In this document: one piece after another, positions 59,131-64,000 of the stretch
How the letters are laid out: each line of letters begins with the position of its first letter
How positions within the stretch are numbered: the stretch's first letter is position 1
Origin: an uncultured Chlorobiaceae bacterium
GTDB lineage: Bacteria; Bacteroidota; Chlorobiia; Chlorobiales; Chlorobiaceae
DNA: 64,000 nucleotides
Direction of reading: 5' to 3'
NCBI GenBank assembly: GCA_903840935.1
Contig: CAIMHT010000040.1
Coordinates: forward strand, 1,592 to 65,591
Notes under the pieces: model-generated
Told to the model about the DNA's origin: nothing
Databases searched by the model: none
The model's input: only the letters and a program-made list of their open reading frames with translations
Translations under genes and position numbers: made by a program

Positions 59131-62100
59131 TCAAGGCTGTTGGCCGCAACAGTTTTTATATTTTTTTCCGCTTCCGCAAGGGCAGTCGTCATTGCGGCCA
59201 GGCTTTTTTTCGGCGATTACCGGTTGCTGCACACTCTCTTCACCCTCACCATCCTCATCCTGTTCGACAATGGTGTAAACACTTCCCGCAGGGGAGTGCT
59301 GGGCAACCAGCTTGTCTTGCCGTACCGCAGCTTTCCGCTGGCGCTCTTCCATCTCACGGGCCTCTTCAGGATCGACAGGAAAAAGCTTGAAGGCAAGCGA
59401 AAGGGTTTCGAGCTCTATTTCGTGCAGGAGATCAATGAAGAGACGGAATGCCTCTTGTTTGTATTCGAGCAGGGGATCTTTCTGGCCGTAGGCACGCAGA
59501 TTGATTCCTTCACGCAGAGAGTCGATTTCGCGGAGGTGCTCTCTCCAGCGATGGTCAATGACGCTTAATACCGCATATTTTTCTATCTGCTGCATAATCT
59601 CTTCCGGTACGGCGGCCTCTTTTCTGCGGTAGAATTCGAGGGCGGTCTGGTAGAGTTTTTCGGCTGTTGCATCAACTCCTTCGCGCTCAAATTTCTCCCG
59701 TTCAGGCCTGAATTCAATAGAGAGTTCGCGCATGAGCTGTTCCTCAATGGCGTCAACATCGAACTGGCGGTGGTGTTTTTTGATTACCAGCTCACTGTAA
59801 TCTTTCAGGAGGTCAAGAATGTCACTGGTCAGACGTTCCTTGAGCAGGCCGTTGCGGCGCCGGGAATAGATTACCTCGCGCTGCTGGCTCAGCACATCGT
59901 CATATTCAAGCAGGCGTTTGCGGATGGCAAAGTTCTGTTCCTCAACTTTTTTCTGTGCGCGTTCGATTGATTTGGTGATCATGGAGTGTTCAATCACATC
60001 GCCCTCTTCATGGCCAAGTCGATCCATAACCGAGATGACCCGCTCGGAGCCAAAAAGGCGCATCAGCTCATCCTCAAGAGAGACAAAGAAGACCGATTCT
60101 CCAGGGTCGCCCTGTCGTCCGGCACGTCCACGGAGCTGGCGGTCGATGCGGCGTGACTCATGGCGCTCGGAACCAAGAATAAAGAGCCCTCCCAGTTCGC
60201 GGACTCCGGCACCGAGCTTGATATCGGTTCCTCGTCCGGCCATGTTGGTGGCAATGGTTACCGCATTTTTCTGGCCTGCTTCAGCGACAATTTCCGCCTC
60301 TCGATCGTTCTGTCGGGCGTTGAGCACGTTGTGGACAATTTTTCTGGCGCGAAGCATTCTTGAGAGGGTCTCCGACACTTCGACGCTTGTGGTGCCGACA
60401 AGCACCGGCTGTCCCTTTTTCTGCAGTTCCTCAACCTTCAAAACAACGGCATTATATTTTTCGCGACGGGTTTTATAGACAAGATCGTCCATATCCTTGC
60501 GGATAATGCTTGCATTGGTCGGAATGACAACAACATCGAGCTTGTAGATTTCATAGAATTCTGAAGCTTCGGTTTCTGCCGTACCGGTCATGCCGGAGAG
60601 CTTTTTGTAAAGCCGGAAAAAGTTCTGGATGGTGATGGTCGCCATGGTCTGCGTTTCACCCTCAATCTTGACATTCTCCTTGGCCTCGATGGCCTGGTGC
60701 AATCCATCGCTGTAGCGGCGTCCGGGAAGAATTCGTCCGGTAAACTCATCAACAATCATCACCTGCCCGTTTTGCACGACATATTCGTCGTCGCGCTCAA
60801 AGAGTGAGTAGGCCTTCAGTAACTGGCTGATATTGTGCAGCCGCTCTGAACGGTCGGCAAAAAGCCGGTAAACCTCATCTTTTTTCTGGATTTTGTCGGC
60901 AATGGCGACTGAGGCATCACTCTCAATAACGGCTACTTCAGAGCCAACATCGGGGAGCATGAATATATCACTGTCCTGGTGGCTGAGCTTGCTGAGAAAT
61001 GCACGCCCCTTGTCGGTCAAGTCAATGGTGCCCCCTTTTTCGTCAACAGCGTAATAGAGTTCATCATCGACCTCCTGCATCCGGCTTGAATTGTCTTTAA
61101 GATATTCGTTTTCGGTCACCTGTACCAGTTTTGCCACACCTGCCTGGGAGAGCATTTTGATGTACCGGGTGTTCTTTGGCTGTCCGCGTTTGACGCGAAG
61201 CAGTGCAAGACCGGCATCGACATCGCCGGGTTTGGTTTTAAGAAGTTTTTCGGCATTACCAAGGTAGATGGCCACAAGTTGCTGCTGGGCACGGACCAAT
61301 TGCTCAATCCAGGGTTTGATATCCTGGAATTTGCTGTTGTCGGCATTGGGCACCGGTCCGGAAATGATAAGCGGCGTTCTGGCTTCATCAATCAGCACAC
61401 TGTCTACCTCATCAACGATGGCGTAGTAGAAGTTTCGCTGTACCATTTCTTCCGGCGTTCCGGCCATATTGTCGCGCAGATAGTCGAAGCCGAACTCGTT
61501 GTTTGTGCCGTAGGTGATATCGCAGGCGTACTGTTCCCTTCGCTCCTCAGGCCTCATGGTGTTGAGAATAACGCCTACAGAGATGTTGTGAAAGGCAAAA
61601 ACCGGGTTCATCCACTCTTTGTCTCTCTGGGCAAGGTAGTCATTGACCGTCACGACATGCACCCCCCTGCCGGTCATTGCATTAAGAAAGACCGGGAGCG
61701 TTGAAACAAGGGTTTTTCCTTCACCGGTGGCCATTTCGGATATCTTTCCGGAATGGAGTACAATTCCGCCGATAAGCTGGACATCGTAGGGCACCATGTC
61801 CCAGACCATCTCTCTTCCCATGACCTGGTAGGAGAGTCCTTTAAGGCGCACACAGCTTTCTTTGACGAGGGCAAAGGTTTCGGGCAGAAGTTCCTCAAGC
61901 ACGGCGGCTGTTGCCTGTTCATACTCTTCGCCGAGGGCGTCAAGCCGGGTGTTGATGGTTTCAGCCTCTTCAAGGTTGATATCCGGATTGTCGAGTTTCA
62001 GGGAGAGCGTCTTTTTCTCCAGCTCAAGAGGCTCAAGAACCGCCCGGACCTTTTGCTTCAGTGTTCGTCCCCTCTCCCGGAGCTGGTCGTCACTGAGCGA

Positions 62101-62205
62101 TGCCATGGCAACCTGCAGCTCGTTGATGTTGCTGATTATGGGCTGGATTTTTTTGACGTCCTTTTCGTGTTTGGAGCCGAAGATCTTTTCAAAAATTTTC
62201 AACAT
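59131..62205 (-). CDS. secA: Preprotein translocase ATPase SecA
   Basis: [25 protein letters not shown] and [17 protein letters not shown] motifs; C-terminal SEC-C motif. Confidence 0.99.
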   Translation of the reverse strand: MLKIFEKIFGSKHEKDVKKIQPIISNINELQVAMASLSDDQLRERGRTLKQKVRAVLEPLELEKKTLSLKLDNPDINLEEAETINTRLDALGEEYEQATAAVLEELLPETFALVKESCVRLKGLSYQVMGREMVWDMVPYDVQLIGGIVLHSGKISEMATGEGKTLVSTLPVFLNAMTGRGVHVVTVNDYLAQRDKEWMNPVFAFHNISVGVILNTMRPEERREQYACDITYGTNNEFGFDYLRDNMAGTPEEMVQRNFYYAIVDEVDSVLIDEARTPLIISGPVPNADNSKFQDIKPWIEQLVRAQQQLVAIYLGNAEKLLKTKPGDVDAGLALLRVKRGQPKNTRYIKMLSQAGVAKLVQVTENEYLKDNSSRMQEVDDELYYAVDEKGGTIDLTDKGRAFLSKLSHQDSDIFMLPDVGSEVAVIESDASVAIADKIQKKDEVYRLFADRSERLHNISQLLKAYSLFERDDEYVVQNGQVMIVDEFTGRILPGRRYSDGLHQAIEAKENVKIEGETQTMATITIQNFFRLYKKLSGMTGTAETEASEFYEIYKLDVVVIPTNASIIRKDMDDLVYKTRREKYNAVVLKVEELQKKGQPVLVGTTSVEVSETLSRMLRARKIVHNVLNARQNDREAEIVAEAGQKNAVTIATNMAGRGTDIKLGAGVRELGGLFILGSERHESRRIDRQLRGRAGRQGDPGESVFFVSLEDELMRLFGSERVISVMDRLGHEEGDVIEHSMITKSIERAQKKVEEQNFAIRKRLLEYDDVLSQQREVIYSRRRNGLLKERLTSDILDLLKDYSELVIKKHHRQFDVDAIEEQLMRELSIEFRPEREKFEREGVDATAEKLYQTALEFYRRKEAAVPEEIMQQIEKYAVLSVIDHRWREHLREIDSLREGINLRAYGQKDPLLEYKQEAFRLFIDLLHEIELETLSLAFKLFPVDPEEAREMEERQRKAAVRQDKLVAQHSPAGSVYTIVEQDEDGEGEESVQQPVIAEKKPGRNDDCPCGSGKKYKNCCGQQP

Positions 62206-62409
62206 GTACAGGCCTTTGTTCGCTCTAAAGGTTCAGATAGTTTGTTTGCAATGGAGTGGGGGAGTCGTTTTTCTCCGCTCTCTCCGCTATGTCTAATTGA
62301 TGCTCAAGGTATTGAATTACACAGTGAGAAAAAAGCGGGATGCTTTGAAAAAAAACAGTGCCGGAAAATGGCCATCATTTCCGGCTCAACTGCAAGGCTG
62401 TGAATGGTT

Positions 62410-63321
62410 TCACTCCTTATTTATATTGGCAGCAAGTTCAGCAAAAAACTCTTGCAGATGGCGGGTGCCGCAAGGCGGTGCAATATGGTCAAATTTGAGT
62501 GCTTCAACGGCAAAGGAGAGGAGGTCGGCAAGATTGCGGTTGAAAAGCCCGGTCACCATGAGCCCTCCTTCAGCAAGCCACATCGGGAGCGGGGTTATCC
62601 AAGGCTCCTTGCCGCAGGCATGGAATGCAAGCTCCATGACTTCACGGAAGGTGTAGATATCGGGCCCGCCAACGGCAATTTCGCGGCACTCGCCCTCTGC
62701 CGCGTCAGCACAGACTCTGGCAAGATCGGCTCCGTGAACCGGATTGATTTTTTTCTCTCCCTCGCCTACCATGAAGATGTGGCCGCTTTGGGCCATGGAG
62801 AAAAATCGCCCCATGTCCGAAAAATAGCCGTTCGGGCGTATGACAGCCCAGGAAAGTCCTGATTTTTTCAGATCTGCAACCAGAAGCTCGTGCGCCTTGA
62901 TGGAAAGGATCTCGGCCATTTTATCCTGGTTGAAGACTGATATATAAATAAAGCGTGCAACATGCTCTTCAATGGCTTGATCGAGGATGCGTTTATTGCC
63001 AAGATAATCGACGTCATAACTGGTGAGCCTCGGATCAGGAGAGGTCAGGCCGAGTGAGGAAAAAACAAGATCGATTCCTTTGCAGATTCCCTTGATGCTT
63101 TCGGGATTGGTGACATCACCGACAACAATTTCATCGACAAGATCGTAAATCGCCGGTTCCAGGTGCGGCCCCGTTGTTTTGAGTTTTTCAGGATCCCTTG
63201 CCAGTGCGCGGACAAAGAAGCCCCGCCCCTTGAACTCTTTGACCGCGTATCTGCCGAGATAGCCGGAGGCTCCGGCAACCAGTACATTTTTTGTGACGCT
63301 CATGCTCTTGTAGCTCCTCAT
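62410..63321 (-). CDS. Atypical SDR / NAD(P)H-binding oxidoreductase
   Basis: VLVAGASGYLG, VDYLGN, IRPNGYF and NPVHGADLA motifs. Confidence 0.88.
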   Translation of the reverse strand: MRSYKSMSVTKNVLVAGASGYLGRYAVKEFKGRGFFVRALARDPEKLKTTGPHLEPAIYDLVDEIVVGDVTNPESIKGICKGIDLVFSSLGLTSPDPRLTSYDVDYLGNKRILDQAIEEHVARFIYISVFNQDKMAEILSIKAHELLVADLKKSGLSWAVIRPNGYFSDMGRFFSMAQSGHIFMVGEGEKKINPVHGADLARVCADAAEGECREIAVGGPDIYTFREVMELAFHACGKEPWITPLPMWLAEGGLMVTGLFNRNLADLLSFAVEALKFDHIAPPCGTRHLQEFFAELAANINKE

Positions 63322-63371
63322 TTCAGGGGTTGACGGTATGGCCTTTCAAGTAAAGTGAAACATTATTCTGG

Positions 63372-64000
63372 CTAAAACGTTCGAAGCCTCTTTATCTCCA
63401 TGCGCCAGCAGTGAAAAAGGATGTGTCCGGCGTAGCCTGCAAGATTCGGGTTCAAAAAAGAACGCGCCTCACGGTCAAGGGCAAGATAGGTTGCCGGGTT
63501 CAGGGAACGACGGGCGGCTGTGCTGTTGAACCACTCTGCGAGGTATTGTTTGACGTGGGTGTCGATCGGGAAGGCATCAAAACGGCCAAGACCGAAGAGT
63601 GCAATGCAATCCGCAATTTTATAGCCGATACCTCCATTTTGGCAAAGGATGTTGCGCAGTTCTGAAAGGGGGAGTGCGGGGTTGCAAAGGGTATCGAGAT
63701 CAATTCGTCCTTCTGCTACGCCCTGGGATGCAAGAATAATATTGCGTGCCCGGATACGATTGTTGTTGGTGCAACGGCTGAGCAGAGCGGGGTCGGCTGC
63801 AGCAAGTTGCTCTGGTGAGGGGAAGTGATGCAGTATGATCTCCTTGCCGTGGAACGAAACACTCCTCTTTTCGCCATAGGTTTGGCGAAGCATTGCAACC
63901 TGTTTTCGTATCAAATGCATTCCGATACCCTGGGCGCACATAAACGAGACCATGGTTTCATAGGGATCCTGCCTCATGATGCGCAATGAAAAATATGGCA
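63372..64000 (-). CDS. 8-oxoguanine DNA glycosylase (HhH-GPD family), 5' end outside the window
   Basis: RQDPYET..SF, FPSPEQL, GIGYKIADCIALF, FPIDTHV and AGYAGHILF motifs. Confidence 0.88.
   Translation of the reverse strand, partial: PYFSLRIMRQDPYETMVSFMCAQGIGMHLIRKQVAMLRQTYGEKRSVSFHGKEIILHHFPSPEQLAAADPALLSRCTNNNRIRARNIILASQGVAEGRIDLDTLCNPALPLSELRNILCQNGGIGYKIADCIALFGLGRFDAFPIDTHVKQYLAEWFNSTAARRSLNPATYLALDREARSFLNPNLAGYAGHILFHCWRMEIKRLRTF

Noticed and set aside
62410-63321. 8-vinyl reductase bciA
   Set aside because: Same broad atypical SDR family, but nothing specific enough to assign the gene.

Overview
Bacterial chromosomal window. Gene content and order (MurB-DOMON fusion, hdrBC-hdrA-flx cluster, purL-secA, cob genes) point to a green sulfur bacterium (Chlorobiaceae, Chlorobium/Pelodictyon-like); this is an inference. 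Housekeeping or known loci: cobamide uptake and remodelling (cobO, btuCD-like, cbiR, then cobU-cobT-cobS), a MacAB/FtsX-type exporter, CheB-CheR-PAS plus a PAS kinase, murB, Hdr-Flx, an aminotransferase, nnr, purL, secA and ogg. Four accessory blocks stand out. (1) An AT-rich decayed vapBC/Bro-N remnant at 63-1186. (2) A coupled pair of ~1,400-aa uncharacterised genes at 4949-13541, the second broken by one in-frame TAA. (3) A chaperone-usher-like pilus locus at 24437-31746 with five DUF4402-type subunits; the fifth is missing from the ORF track because of an in-frame stop. (4) A ~4.4-kb island bounded by a duplicated 3' end of nnr. It carries a TPR/FGE-sulfatase gene with the codon signature of a diversity-generating retroelement (DGR) variable region, a structured downstream element, an HRDC-like accessory fragment and an ABC-ATPase/DUF4276 pair. 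Family assignments come from motif recognition by eye; no database searches were run.
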